DNA of 64,000 nucleotides from Minisyncoccota bacterium (GCA_036517475.1 DATDVZ010000007.1:1706-65705), one strand, 5' to 3'; shown: positions 27,606 through 38,259, counted from the stretch's first letter. Numbers and translations are program-made. The notes: a model not told the origin generated them from the letters alone.

Positions 27606-28487
27606 ATGGAAATGATGCCAAGGACTCTTACTTTGGTCCGTCATGGCGAGTCAGAGAGCAATGCCGTCAAACGCAAAGCAGAGAAAGGCATACATCACCC
27701 GCGCGAGGCTGAGCTTATGAAAGTCCACACTTCGCGCAGGAGGCTCACAGCACGCGGCGTAAGACAAGCAATCAGTGCTGGTGAATGGCTTCAGAATTAT
27801 TTCGCTGAGGAAGCAAAGCATCGTGGAGATTTTGTTTATGAAAGAGTTGTCGGGTATGTCTCACCATATGTGCGGGCGATGGAAACTGCGGGAAACTTAA
27901 ACTTGCCAATAACATGGCGAGCGGACGCTAGGCTTGCAGAGCGCAACTGGGGCGATCTTGATCAGCTCACGTATGAAGAACGCATTGCTAAGTATGCAAC
28001 AATCAAAAACCGCGAGAGTCATGGGATATTCTGGCCGGCTGGCAATGGCGAGACATTGCAGATGCTTGGCACTCGCATGTGGCAGCACTTCGATATGCTC
28101 TGCAGAGAGCATGAAGGCGATGATGTTGTAGAAGTATCTCATGGCGAGACAATCCTCACTCAGCGATTCATGCTGGAGAGATGGTTGCCTGAAGATCTGG
28201 TTCAAATGATGCTTTCGACTGATTCCAAGCTCGCAAAGGAAATTCTCGGCAGAGAAGCTGACTTGCAAAACAAGATTATAAACGGACGAATCATTCAGTA
28301 TACGCGCGAGCGAGAAGACGGTACTTGGGATACCAAATATTGCCGAGTACGGCTTGTGGCGCCATCTGCCCTAGATGATCCAAGAAGGAATCTGGATTGG
28401 AGTGCTATTGTCCGCCGGCAATTCACCACAAATGAATTGCTTGAATATGTTTCTAAATTTCCTCATTTCCTAGAGGAAGTTGCATAA
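27606..28487 (+). CDS. Histidine phosphatase (phosphoglycerate mutase family)
   Basis: VRHGES, SPYVRAMET, LAERNWG, VSHG. Confidence 0.9.
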   Translation: MEMMPRTLTLVRHGESESNAVKRKAEKGIHHPREAELMKVHTSRRRLTARGVRQAISAGEWLQNYFAEEAKHRGDFVYERVVGYVSPYVRAMETAGNLNLPITWRADARLAERNWGDLDQLTYEERIAKYATIKNRESHGIFWPAGNGETLQMLGTRMWQHFDMLCREHEGDDVVEVSHGETILTQRFMLERWLPEDLVQMMLSTDSKLAKEILGREADLQNKIINGRIIQYTREREDGTWDTKYCRVRLVAPSALDDPRRNLDWSAIVRRQFTTNELLEYVSKFPHFLEEVA

Positions 28488-28517
28488 TACCGCTCTGCGA
28501 GCGGTTTTTTTATTAAT

Positions 28518-28736
28518 AAAAAGAGACCGCCCGAAAGCGGTCTCCAAGTAGTAACCCCCCACAGATATATCCCAGGGCATGCTCCTTGGGACGCCTAGAC
28601 GGTGGCCCGTTGCACAAAGGTGCACTCTTTGTGTTTTCAGGGTGTCAGCCCAACTCCGAAGAGTTGTTAACCTGCTGTGGGGGCCGGCCGCTCGCCACCT
28701 TAGTATTCAAGATGGGGCTTGCCGAATTACTGATCT
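28518..28736 (-). ncRNA. Candidate structured ncRNA, family unidentified
   Basis: TTGACA-N16-TAATAT promoter at 28770-28743, GC-rich multi-helix body with C(UUCG)G loop, intrinsic terminator at 28518-28544. Confidence 0.55.
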
Positions 28737-28830
28737 AAATGCATATTACTTTACTCGCCAATAATGTCAACCATTAAATAATGCAAACTATGATTTGCCC
28801 GTCTCAAGTTATAACTGCGTAGTGTCGTTA

Positions 28831-29613
28831 TCAAACTTTCCTTTGTTGCTCCTGAATTATTAATTCAATCGGACTATGGTCTGAAACTTTATTAGGAAGA
28901 ATGCGAGTATTTATTTTAGATTCAGTCGCAGTTTTTCGGTCAACAAAAAGATGATCAGTTTTTAGAGGAACTCTTATACCAAACTTAGCCAGAAATACTG
29001 CGATTCTATTTGTGAGTACTGGGACATTTTCAGTGTAACGGCTATCAAGAGTCGGGCCAATATCCTTTGTGACGCTCGCAAATTCCGGTGAGAGAATTGT
29101 GTTTGTTCTTCTAACTTCTCCCGGAAGACCGAGGTTAAAATCTCCTCCGAAAACAATTCGTGCAGCCGACGGCAGAGAGACTCTAAGAATTTCTTTTAAT
29201 TTTTTAGTTTCTCTCATACGTATGCCCAGCCTAAGTCCAGAATGTTGATGAACTGAGCCAATATATATCTCTCGTCCATCTTTCTCAAACTGTCCCAATA
29301 ATAATCCGAAGCCTGGATGTATGAGAAATGGCGTTGGGTGCATAAATGAAAATGAATGCAATGTGCTTTTCTTCAGTAAAAAGTTGTCTCGATAAAGAAT
29401 TGCAAGATGACTTTGTTTTCCGAGTTCATTATTAAAACCGTGAAGAATTTTATATGAAATTCCTTCTGGAATTGCGGCCATGGCAACTCCTGTAAATTCC
29501 TGAAGAAGCAGAAAATCATACTGGCCATCCTTAAGTACTTTATTCAAAAATTCTTTCAATCCCGTTTGATATCCTTTCTGGCAGTTAAGACTGAGAATTT
29601 TGATATCTTTCAT
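28831..29613 (-). CDS. Endonuclease/exonuclease/phosphatase family protein
   Basis: SLN, LQE, GGDFN, TDH, SDHSP. Confidence 0.9.
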   Translation of the reverse strand: MKDIKILSLNCQKGYQTGLKEFLNKVLKDGQYDFLLLQEFTGVAMAAIPEGISYKILHGFNNELGKQSHLAILYRDNFLLKKSTLHSFSFMHPTPFLIHPGFGLLLGQFEKDGREIYIGSVHQHSGLRLGIRMRETKKLKEILRVSLPSAARIVFGGDFNLGLPGEVRRTNTILSPEFASVTKDIGPTLDSRYTENVPVLTNRIAVFLAKFGIRVPLKTDHLFVDRKTATESKINTRILPNKVSDHSPIELIIQEQQRKV

Positions 29614-29639
29614 AATTTACAGCTCATAGAGTTAATACA

Positions 29640-30068
29640 CTATTTCCACAATTTAAAGCTGCCTGTTATTTCTTTGAGAATTTTTTTGTCGCCAAAAACT
29701 CCAACTCCTAAATAATCTAGAGACTCATCATTTTTTAGAGATATGGATTTCTCAAGTTCAATATCATCTGTAGTTTCAATCATATCTCTGATGAAATTTA
29801 TAGAGAGTAAATTTCTTCTTCTAATTTCTTGAATAAGCGGGTACAACTCTTCACTATTTGCACTTAACACCACAATCGCGTATTGAGAATTGCGCGGATG
29901 GGTAATTTTATCCTTACTTAAAAAATAGTTCCCTGTTCCAAAATTATCTTTAAGTTGATTGCCAAAATATGCGGAAATATGGGCAACAGTATTTAATACT
30001 TGCCAAGATTCCAAATCCTTTCTCACAACAATAACTATTCTTTTTGAAAAATCCTGAACCTTGTCCAT
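29640..30068 (-). CDS. DUF2000 / PTH2-like protein
   Basis: IVIVVRKDL.SWQ.LN..AH, YLGVGVFG.K. Confidence 0.75.
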   Translation of the reverse strand: MDKVQDFSKRIVIVVRKDLESWQVLNTVAHISAYFGNQLKDNFGTGNYFLSKDKITHPRNSQYAIVVLSANSEELYPLIQEIRRRNLLSINFIRDMIETTDDIELEKSISLKNDESLDYLGVGVFGDKKILKEITGSFKLWK

Positions 30069-30119
30069 TTATACAATATAGCAAACCCACAAGTTACCGT
30101 CTGGTATGAGATTGGAACT

Positions 30120-30500
30120 TTAATTAGATTCCAGAATAGTTTTTAGCTTTTCTATATTTGACTGTTTAAATGGGTTCAGCAATTCACCCTCTTCTACCCA
30201 TTCAAAGTATTCTAATTCTACCTTGTCCAAAGAGATATTATTGTAAGTATAACGAACCTTGTATGTAGAGGTGCTTAATTTGAGTTCAAAAATTTCACCA
30301 TCAACAAACTGAGTAACTTTGTAAATATTCTTATTTCCCTCTTTGTCAATATTTGTATATAAGGTACCCACTCTTATTGGCCTCTCATTAACCGCTTCTG
30401 AAACAATCCCGTCTATCCACTTTGGAGTATTGTCTGGTTCAGTTGTGAAATCAAAAACTGAAGGTGAATTAATTGTAATTTTGAGTTTATTTTCTTTCAT
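30120..30500 (-). CDS. SRPBCC/polyketide-cyclase-like protein
   Basis: ITIN..VFDF...PDNTPKW, C-terminal LKTILE helix. Confidence 0.7.
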   Translation of the reverse strand: MKENKLKITINSPSVFDFTTEPDNTPKWIDGIVSEAVNERPIRVGTLYTNIDKEGNKNIYKVTQFVDGEIFELKLSTSTYKVRYTYNNISLDKVELEYFEWVEEGELLNPFKQSNIEKLKTILESN

Positions 30501-30543
30501 ACTCTTAGAATATCATGAGCTAGCTACATTTGTAGGGAAATCT

Positions 30544-31521
30544 TTATGAAATCTTGCAAACATAACCATCTGCAAAACAAACTAATACACCACTCGCACT
30601 AGATATCATTCCCCAGATGGCATTTTCTTTTTGCAGTGCGGGTTTAATTTCAATGATTTTTTTCAACTGATGACTATCCAAATCAAAAGAAAAAAGTTTC
30701 CCCAATCGTGTCCCTACAAGCAAAACTCCTTTTGAAAGCCGCTCTATACAGCTTATATCTTCACCGATATTGAATGATGTTATCAATTTAAAATTTTTGT
30801 CAAAAATAATTAGATCTCCCCAGCGAGTGCCTATGACAATGTTATTACCCATAATCTCAAGCCCCCATAGAGATGGGCCAAATCCACCCTTTAATCTTTT
30901 GTCACCGGTGTAGAATTTTTTAATATCTAGAAGTCGGACTTTTTTTCGAAAAAATTTCTTTCTCTCTACAATATAGAGAATGCCGTCATAATCCCCCGCA
31001 TAAATAACTTCATTTTTTGCGTCAAATTTTAAAGACCAAAGTCTTACTTTCTGTGAGGAAAGTTGAATTTTTGATTTCAGTCTTAGAGTTCGCGAATCTA
31101 TTATTTCTAATTTGCCAGAGCGCGTGGTTAGTATTATTTCCGATTTTTTACGATTTAGGATTGCGTTATAAACCCCCTTTCCATCTTTGTCGTCCCTGCT
31201 AATTAGTAGATTTCCCTGTTTATCAATGATAGTCATTGTATCTTTTTCTCCTTTGCAACCAACAAAAAGAGTGCCATTTGGCAAAACTAAGATGGTATAA
31301 ATCATTGACGGAAATAAAACCTTTCGGTTTGTAGTGAAAGTTTTACCCGTGCCTTTCTTTTTTAAAATATATAAAACTCCTTTAGCTTTGCGGGCAATAT
31401 TTTTTGAATATCTAACAGCTCTTCTATTCCAATTGCTTCCTCCGACATATAAATTTCCAGCGCTTTCAGCAGCCGCATATACAGAACTTGGAAACCGAAG
31501 TTTGTACTGAATTTTAATCAT
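30544..31521 (-). CDS. Beta-propeller (WD40-like) protein
   Basis: Repeated hydrophobic-G-T/D-x-x-G blade motifs. Confidence 0.7.
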   Translation of the reverse strand: MIKIQYKLRFPSSVYAAAESAGNLYVGGSNWNRRAVRYSKNIARKAKGVLYILKKKGTGKTFTTNRKVLFPSMIYTILVLPNGTLFVGCKGEKDTMTIIDKQGNLLISRDDKDGKGVYNAILNRKKSEIILTTRSGKLEIIDSRTLRLKSKIQLSSQKVRLWSLKFDAKNEVIYAGDYDGILYIVERKKFFRKKVRLLDIKKFYTGDKRLKGGFGPSLWGLEIMGNNIVIGTRWGDLIIFDKNFKLITSFNIGEDISCIERLSKGVLLVGTRLGKLFSFDLDSHQLKKIIEIKPALQKENAIWGMISSASGVLVCFADGYVCKIS

Positions 31522-31625
31522 TGTTTTCTTAAAAAATCCTGCACCTTATCCATTTATACAATATAGCAAACTAAGAGATTGTAAAAAAACCTCACATATT
31601 GTTGTGAGGTTTTGTCAGCTAACCT

Positions 31626-32747
31626 TTACTTCAGACGAAGCAGCGCGTTAGCTCTGGTTAAAACTTCCTTCATTTCTTCTATAGGAATGCCTCTCCAGAA
31701 TTCATCAACTTCCAGATTTCCTCCCAGAACCACCAGATCATGTTGAGAAAAGTAATAATCCTGACTCGGTTTTATCTCTGTTGGCCAGAGCTCTTTATCC
31801 CCTTCCGCTGCCGCCCACCTTAGCCTTTTGAAATGACTTGAATCTTGATTGTGATTTCTGAGAACATCAATCTTGCGAGAGATTACCCTTTCGGAAACAT
31901 GGCCTGGAATGTGCCCAACGCGAGCTACAGTACCGGGAAACATCCTTATTGCGATGTGTTCAGGTATTAGCTTGGGATTCCATTTCCGTAGATGACAAAG
32001 CATTTCAGAAAGTTCCTCTTGGTGCCCGCGCTTTGTGGCATAGTGGATCATATCAGGACCAGATACATCATAACGATCAATTCTTCCTGTCTGCCAGTAC
32101 TGTGCAAGCATGGTTGCAAGAGGCACCATCACCCCGTCATAACATGCGCCACCAACTGTAGTGAGAGGTTCATCACTAAATAGAAGTTTATCAAGCTCTT
32201 CAAGTACCTGCAGAAAAGAATCTGCCAAATCTTTCTGTTTGATTCCGCTTTCTTTGATCGGCCGCATAACACCAGATGAATCAATGAAGCGAGAAAAAAC
32301 AATACTTCCCCTAGTTTCTGCCAGATAGGAGAATACTTCCAAAACCTTTTCTCTCTCCTGAAGTAACAGCCGAGAGCAAGAAGAAATAACTCCCGGAAAC
32401 AAACCCTCGCAGACTCGGACATGAAATCTTCCAAGTCGCTCACCTGTTGTAGTTTTCTGATAAGCAGTAACGAATCTTCTGCTGTGATTCGTTTGTGACA
32501 TTACCTGCTGGTAGAAAGATTCCTGCACCAAAAGTTCTGCCTGACCACCCACCAGACGAAACATCGGCCAATTATTGGCATCACTCTTACAGCATGTCAC
32601 ATCCCAGAGGTGCTCCGGGATACCGCACTTCCAGAGAGTGAGTTTGTAAAGCGAAGCGTTACCAGGGTGTGAGGTTAGTGTCACAGGAGCGCCTGCAGAT
32701 TTAAGAGCAATCAGGTCGTTAATGCTCGAGGGGTTTACCTTGATCAT
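31626..32747 (-). CDS. Hypothetical protein (373 aa)
   Basis: Long ORF; ATG 32747 after GGAGG; downstream hairpin. Confidence 0.7.
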   Translation of the reverse strand: MIKVNPSSINDLIALKSAGAPVTLTSHPGNASLYKLTLWKCGIPEHLWDVTCCKSDANNWPMFRLVGGQAELLVQESFYQQVMSQTNHSRRFVTAYQKTTTGERLGRFHVRVCEGLFPGVISSCSRLLLQEREKVLEVFSYLAETRGSIVFSRFIDSSGVMRPIKESGIKQKDLADSFLQVLEELDKLLFSDEPLTTVGGACYDGVMVPLATMLAQYWQTGRIDRYDVSGPDMIHYATKRGHQEELSEMLCHLRKWNPKLIPEHIAIRMFPGTVARVGHIPGHVSERVISRKIDVLRNHNQDSSHFKRLRWAAAEGDKELWPTEIKPSQDYYFSQHDLVVLGGNLEVDEFWRGIPIEEMKEVLTRANALLRLK

Positions 32748-32981
32748 TTTTCCTCCATATTTGTGGTTGATGTTTGTGTTTGTGAAAGAACAAAATAGGC
32801 CCCTTTCAAGGCCTATTTTTATGTTCATTATTGGAGCTTCTATTTAGACAGTTAGGTAAGATGAACGCAAAAATTGACCCTCAAAGCGGGGGCATTCCAA
32901 TAGAAAGCAAAATGCATAGCTTTCAGGTCAATTTTTGGTTGTTTTGAAACCATGTTAAAATTTTGTACCAATACGCAAATT

Positions 32982-33581
32982 ATGTCAAGCATATCAAATG
33001 AAAAAATAATTATTGATAGTGATATGTCTTTAGAAGAAGCTCTTGCCACCAATCCTCAAAATCCGGCTCCAAAAGAAGTTCTGCAAATGATGGAAATGAT
33101 TTCAGTTGATTATTTTGGTTTTGACGGATCAATACATAGAGGTCTGATTGTTGTAAACAAAGATGTGATTGATGATATTAAAAAATTTTTTGAATTAGCA
33201 CAAGAATTGAAGTTTCCCATCAAAAGCGTTATCCCAATAAGTAATAGAAAATATTCTTGGGATGATAATACATCATGTGAAGACAATAATTCCTCCGGTT
33301 TCAACTACAGATTGGTGGCAGGAACAAATAGAATTTCAAAACACTCAGACGGACGAGCATTTGATATTAATCCTGTTCAGAATATTTATATCAGATACGA
33401 AAATATGAAAGAAACCTTCAGAGCGCCAACTGATGGTATATATGAGATAGGAGTTTTAGGAACTCTTTCTGCTGATAGCCTCCTTGTTTTACTGATGAAA
33501 AAATTGGGTTGGGACTGGGGCGGAGACTGGACACCCGAATTAGGCAGAATTGACTATCAGCACTTTGAGAAAAATACTTAA
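32982..33581 (+). CDS. M15-family peptidoglycan peptidase
   Basis: FNYR..SKHSDGRAFDINP, WGGDW, DYQHFE. Confidence 0.9.
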   Translation: MSSISNEKIIIDSDMSLEEALATNPQNPAPKEVLQMMEMISVDYFGFDGSIHRGLIVVNKDVIDDIKKFFELAQELKFPIKSVIPISNRKYSWDDNTSCEDNNSSGFNYRLVAGTNRISKHSDGRAFDINPVQNIYIRYENMKETFRAPTDGIYEIGVLGTLSADSLLVLLMKKLGWDWGGDWTPELGRIDYQHFEKNT

Positions 33582-33622
33582 AAAAAATTTAGAAATCTAA
33601 AATTAATTTGTATATTCTTTAA

Positions 33623-34798
33623 TCATTTATGTGTCCTTTTCATTTTGTTATCTTCTTGGCATTTTTGCATCAGGACGCCGTATAAGTCCACAAGTTTTTG
33701 AGCAATGATGTTGCTGGAAAACTGTTTGGCCGTTTTCATTGCTTCTGAAGAAAGACTTTTACGAAAATCCTTATCCCTAATTAACAACTTAGTTTTTTCA
33801 ATTGCTTCAGCTTGTGAAGAGACAATGAAACCATTTTCTCCATTTCGAATAATCTCTGGAGCAACACCAACTGGATATACTATAGGCACAAGCCCTTGAG
33901 ACATTCCTTCGATAAGAGAAAGGGAGAACCCTTCATACCGTGACGGGATGAATAGAATGCTGCCGCGCAATGGATTTAATAAAGATGGAAGTTTATCTTT
34001 CTCTACATTTGAAAACACCGTATGATTTGCAATCTCAGATCTAAGCCAGGAAAGAAGTGGTTTGTTAGTACTTATACAAAAAGTTAATTTTTGTATATCG
34101 GGAAATTGTTGATATAAATGCAAAAGTCTATCAACTCCTTTCAATTTCAAAGTAAAAGCGTCACTTCCTAGTCTGCCGAGAAATACTATGCTCGGGTTGT
34201 CTACCAACTCCTGAGAGGGTGTGTCGAACCAATAGTCTTCTATTGCATTGTGTATTAGATGTATATTCCCCTCAGGTATTTTGGCCGCCAAGAGCTCTCG
34301 TTTTACGTTTTCTGATGTCGCTATTACCGCGGTTGCGCGAGAAGCCACATATTCTTCTATATCGGCAATGTCACGAAGCGGTCGTCGTGTCTTAACATTC
34401 AGTTCGGTGATCGCGCCATGCTTCTTGAGGATATACCAAAACTTTCTTGTAACCTTTTCAAGATTATTGGCCATTGGCGTAGCATTCAAAAATCCGCGAG
34501 TAGTTGACCCAAAATGACTAACTACTGGCACGGGATAGGCCAGAAATGGCAAAGGTGTATAGGTGGTTCCTTGAATGATATTGAATTTTAAAATCTCTTT
34601 TCTTCGTTCAAGAAGTGAGTAGAAGAAGAGGATACTTTTAATTCCCCCTAAATGTGCCGGCGTATCTACAAGTGAAGTTCTTGGGTAGAAGTTTTTTATT
34701 TCCACACCATCCTCATTTAACTTAGATGCCATTAGGTCATTAATATAATGAGCACCTGTGCCAATTTTCTTTTCGTTGTGTATAAATGCAACCTTCAT
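33623..34798 (-). CDS. GT4 glycosyltransferase
   Basis: FLGRL..KG, PSRYEGFSLSLIEGMSQG. Confidence 0.9.
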   Translation of the reverse strand: MKVAFIHNEKKIGTGAHYINDLMASKLNEDGVEIKNFYPRTSLVDTPAHLGGIKSILFFYSLLERRKEILKFNIIQGTTYTPLPFLAYPVPVVSHFGSTTRGFLNATPMANNLEKVTRKFWYILKKHGAITELNVKTRRPLRDIADIEEYVASRATAVIATSENVKRELLAAKIPEGNIHLIHNAIEDYWFDTPSQELVDNPSIVFLGRLGSDAFTLKLKGVDRLLHLYQQFPDIQKLTFCISTNKPLLSWLRSEIANHTVFSNVEKDKLPSLLNPLRGSILFIPSRYEGFSLSLIEGMSQGLVPIVYPVGVAPEIIRNGENGFIVSSQAEAIEKTKLLIRDKDFRKSLSSEAMKTAKQFSSNIIAQKLVDLYGVLMQKCQEDNKMKRTHK

Positions 34799-34999
34799 GG
34801 TTAAAAAGCACCCATTATTAACCTTAACAAAATTTAGAACACCTGATGCATTTTTCCTGCCCCGTTCTAGTTTTAATATATTTATTTCCGCAGGAACAGA
34901 TCAAAATCTTGGTAGCATGGGGTTTTACAATCCACTTGCCGTCTTTTTGGAAGTGCTTTTTTGAAACTTTTAGGTTTGGTTTGATTTTTTGAGACACGG

Positions 35000-36253
35000 T
35001 TATTCAAGAAATGTCAGGGCTTTGCCCACCTTATTGCCACGCCCGGTTCTACCAATGCGGTGTACGTAATCATCGTATGTTGCCGGAATATCAAAGTTAA
35101 TGACGTGGCTCACACCGGTGATGTCCAGACCGCGAGCGGCTACATCTGTTGCCACCAAGACTTGTGAGTGCCCGCGCTTAAATCCTTCAAGAGCGCGCTG
35201 CCTTTGCGACTGGCTTTTATTTCCATGGATAGATTCTGCTCTGAAATTCCGTTTACTAAGTTCACGGGAGAGTTTCTCAACTCCGTGTTTTGTTCTTCCA
35301 AAAATAAGAACTTTACTGAAGTCAGTTTGTTTTAATAAGTCAGAGAGCAGATCAATTTTTGTGCGGCCGGGAAGAACCTTGATTATATCCTGATCAACGC
35401 TCTTGGGTGTCTCACGGGTTTTCACGGAAATCCTGATCGGTTCGCGCAAAAATTCTCCAATAAGTTTTTCAACCTCGGGAGAGATCGTAGCGGAGAAAAA
35501 CAAACTCTGCCTTATTTTAGGCATTAAAGAAACAACATAACGCATGTCATTTACAAACCCCATATCAAGCATTCGATCTGCTTCATCTAGAACTATGTTT
35601 GCAAAAGTCCCAAGATTAATCATTTTGCGGGCAATTAAATCCTTCAGCCGACCCGGAGTGCCTATAATAAAATTATTAAAATGCCTCAAATCTCTCATTT
35701 GTGCAGTGATACTGGCTCCACCAACACAACAAACGGAAAAAATATTCATCATCTGTGTAAAACTTTGCAGTTCTTCTTTAATCTGCATGGCAAGTTCGCG
35801 AGTGGGCACGACAATAAGCACCTGCTCTTTTCTGTTGGCTAGAACTTTATTAATCAGTGGAATAAGAAAAGCTGCGGTTTTGCCGGTTCCGGTGTTTGCA
35901 ACTCCCACAAGGTCCGCCCCTTTAAGAATATGCGGAATACTTCTATCTTGTATGGGAGTGGGGTCCTTGTAACCACGAGCTTGAATTGTTTTCTTCAAAC
36001 GTTCGTCAATTTGAAAATCGGCAAAGGAATGCTCCGGTACAAAGTGTTCTATTTCTTCTGTGATTACTGCCTTATTGATAAAACGAGAGGGATCAATGTA
36101 TTGACCTCTGTTTCCTCGTCCGCGAGAAGGTCCTCCTCTATGTGTCATTCGAGATCTTGAAGTTGAAGTAAATTTTGATCGAGATCCGCCAACTGGCGGA
36201 AAACTCTGCGCCACCCTGTGACGAGAGGAATTAGAAAATTGTTTTTTATACAT
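35000..36253 (-). CDS. DEAD-box RNA helicase
   Basis: PTPIQ, GTGKT, PTRELA, DEAD, SAT, ARGLD, HRIGRTGR. Confidence 0.97.
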   Translation of the reverse strand: MYKKQFSNSSRHRVAQSFPPVGGSRSKFTSTSRSRMTHRGGPSRGRGNRGQYIDPSRFINKAVITEEIEHFVPEHSFADFQIDERLKKTIQARGYKDPTPIQDRSIPHILKGADLVGVANTGTGKTAAFLIPLINKVLANRKEQVLIVVPTRELAMQIKEELQSFTQMMNIFSVCCVGGASITAQMRDLRHFNNFIIGTPGRLKDLIARKMINLGTFANIVLDEADRMLDMGFVNDMRYVVSLMPKIRQSLFFSATISPEVEKLIGEFLREPIRISVKTRETPKSVDQDIIKVLPGRTKIDLLSDLLKQTDFSKVLIFGRTKHGVEKLSRELSKRNFRAESIHGNKSQSQRQRALEGFKRGHSQVLVATDVAARGLDITGVSHVINFDIPATYDDYVHRIGRTGRGNKVGKALTFLE

Positions 36254-36574
36254 TACAAAATATTTAGAGTTTTAACTCTTAACTTCTAGTCATTAATGTA
36301 AATTGCGACTAGGCTCTCGCAAGTTTTAAAGAAGTTTTAACTCCAACAAGGCAAGCGCCTATGAAACCATTGAGATTTAAGTTACCTCATAATAGTATAC
36401 CAAAACAGATATTTTGTCAACATTTTGGGAAGTGCTATATCATACTGGCCAACTCGAGCTTGAACCGTAGTCGGCCAAGCCCAGATTTGCCTGCCCGTCC
36501 GTAGCTCGATGCAAAGGAGGAATGGAATTAACTTATTTTACACTATCCAAACGACGGGTCCTGAGCGCAAGTAA

Positions 36575-37654
36575 TTATAATAAATTCTCAACTGCTTTAT
36601 GAACTCTTATATATAAGGCCGCGCTCCAAATTTGTTCAGCACTACCATATCCCTTACCAGTTAGAGGATCATAAAATTCAAAAAATCCATCTAAATTACT
36701 CCATTTACTGAATTGTCTTAGCGCTATTTCAGTAGCTCCAGATTTGAGAGCCGCCAAAATCATAAATCCATGTATGAACGGCCAGATCACTCCGAATTGA
36801 TTAGTTTTTAACATTATCTCTGTTTCTTCTTTAGATTTAGGCGGTAAAGTCACACCGTTTAACTTGTAGCCATATGAGGTATCTAATACTTCAGCACTCT
36901 GTAAAATTAAAGGAAGATATTCAGTCGGAGCAATCTCAAATAATATTGCCAAAGCATTACCCAGGGTGTCAAAATCATCAACTCCAACATAATCACGATA
37001 ATATTTGCCAGTCCATAATTTTTCGTTAATAGTCCTTTTTAGTTTTTCTGCCTTACTAGCTTCGCCTAGTAATTTATATCCTTGAAATAAAAAACAATTA
37101 TTAGTAAGTAAGAACTTATCATCCAAATCGGGGCAAGTATCCCGCCAGTCGCCACCAAAGACCAAGCCATCTTTCATAAGATTTTTTTCTACATAAGCTA
37201 GGGCATTACTAATTCGTTCTTTATTTTCGCTCAGCAGCTTCTGGTCATTTGTTTTTATAACATACTTCATTATTCCTAGAACAAATAGGATTTCTGAATC
37301 TTTAGTCCATGGGGATAATTGTCCAATGCCGTCCTTGCTAAAATATCCTCTCAAAAGAAAAGAGATTCTTCGATTAGATATACTGTTCCAGATTTTAATA
37401 GCTAGCCATTTAACGGTATTATCCAAAAACATAATAGGCATTCTCCCGTCTGAATATTGATGCCTTGCTAAGTTCTCAATATGCTTTTTGACAATATCGT
37501 CCTTGCCCCACTCAAGTAACAAATCCTCTGTTGCAATAACAAAATCTCTAGTCCAGCACTGATATTTATATCTAAAAGAACTGGCCCAAACTCCATTTTT
37601 ACCAATACAACCCTCGACTATCTTTTTTGCTTCTTCTAGTTTTAATTCGTTCAT
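36575..37654 (-). CDS. Six-hairpin glycoside hydrolase (invertase / amylo-alpha-1,6-glucosidase-like)
   Basis: WTRD, DWRD, FDTLGNALA, GVIWPF, FFEFY, QIWSAA. Confidence 0.78.
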   Translation of the reverse strand: MNELKLEEAKKIVEGCIGKNGVWASSFRYKYQCWTRDFVIATEDLLLEWGKDDIVKKHIENLARHQYSDGRMPIMFLDNTVKWLAIKIWNSISNRRISFLLRGYFSKDGIGQLSPWTKDSEILFVLGIMKYVIKTNDQKLLSENKERISNALAYVEKNLMKDGLVFGGDWRDTCPDLDDKFLLTNNCFLFQGYKLLGEASKAEKLKRTINEKLWTGKYYRDYVGVDDFDTLGNALAILFEIAPTEYLPLILQSAEVLDTSYGYKLNGVTLPPKSKEETEIMLKTNQFGVIWPFIHGFMILAALKSGATEIALRQFSKWSNLDGFFEFYDPLTGKGYGSAEQIWSAALYIRVHKAVENLL

Positions 37655-38259
37655 ATTGTTAAATCCAACACTTCCATAAGATATTTAATTTTCTCAACTT
37701 CCTCAACATACTCTGCTCTTTGTTCCAAGCCAATTTTATCTCGCCATCCGATTTTTTCTTCAATAATGTATTGCGGTCTCAGGAATAGTGCTTTTTCGCC
37801 CAAGAATTCTATTTCCTCGCTTGCTTCTTTGGCACTGGTACTTAATTTTAGTTCTTTGCCTAGTAAAGGAATAGTTACCCTGCTGTTTTCATCTTCCCAA
37901 AAATAATGAATATCACAATGACAGTGCATTGGACTACCTGGCTCTGCCTGATCCACCTTTAAACACTCACCCTTAACTTTATCTGGCTCATATACTGTAT
38001 GCCCCTCTGATTCTAGGAATATCTTAATTTTTTGAGCGGTATCCCTGGGGGTCATTAAATCCGCATCGCGATGTTGACGAGTTAAATAACCAAAATGAGC
38101 ATCAGTTGCTAATCCTGACAAGAATATAACTTGCCAACCCTCGTTAATCGCCTGCCTAGCTATTATTTTATATATAGCAACTGCTTTTAAGGTTCTCTCG
38201 CTGGGCTGACTTAATACGGGATATTTTTTCTGAAGTTGATTTAATAATTTATCATTCAT
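37651..38259 (-). CDS. Nucleotidyltransferase, ANT(2'')/Lnu-like
   Basis: LSGLATDAHFGYLTRQHRDADL, later DIH. Confidence 0.7.
   Translation of the reverse strand: MNDKLLNQLQKKYPVLSQPSERTLKAVAIYKIIARQAINEGWQVIFLSGLATDAHFGYLTRQHRDADLMTPRDTAQKIKIFLESEGHTVYEPDKVKGECLKVDQAEPGSPMHCHCDIHYFWEDENSRVTIPLLGKELKLSTSAKEASEEIEFLGEKALFLRPQYIIEEKIGWRDKIGLEQRAEYVEEVEKIKYLMEVLDLTI

Noticed and set aside
37651-38259. Antibiotic-resistance gene call
   Set aside because: Only the fold-level NTase motif is visible; substrate cannot be inferred.
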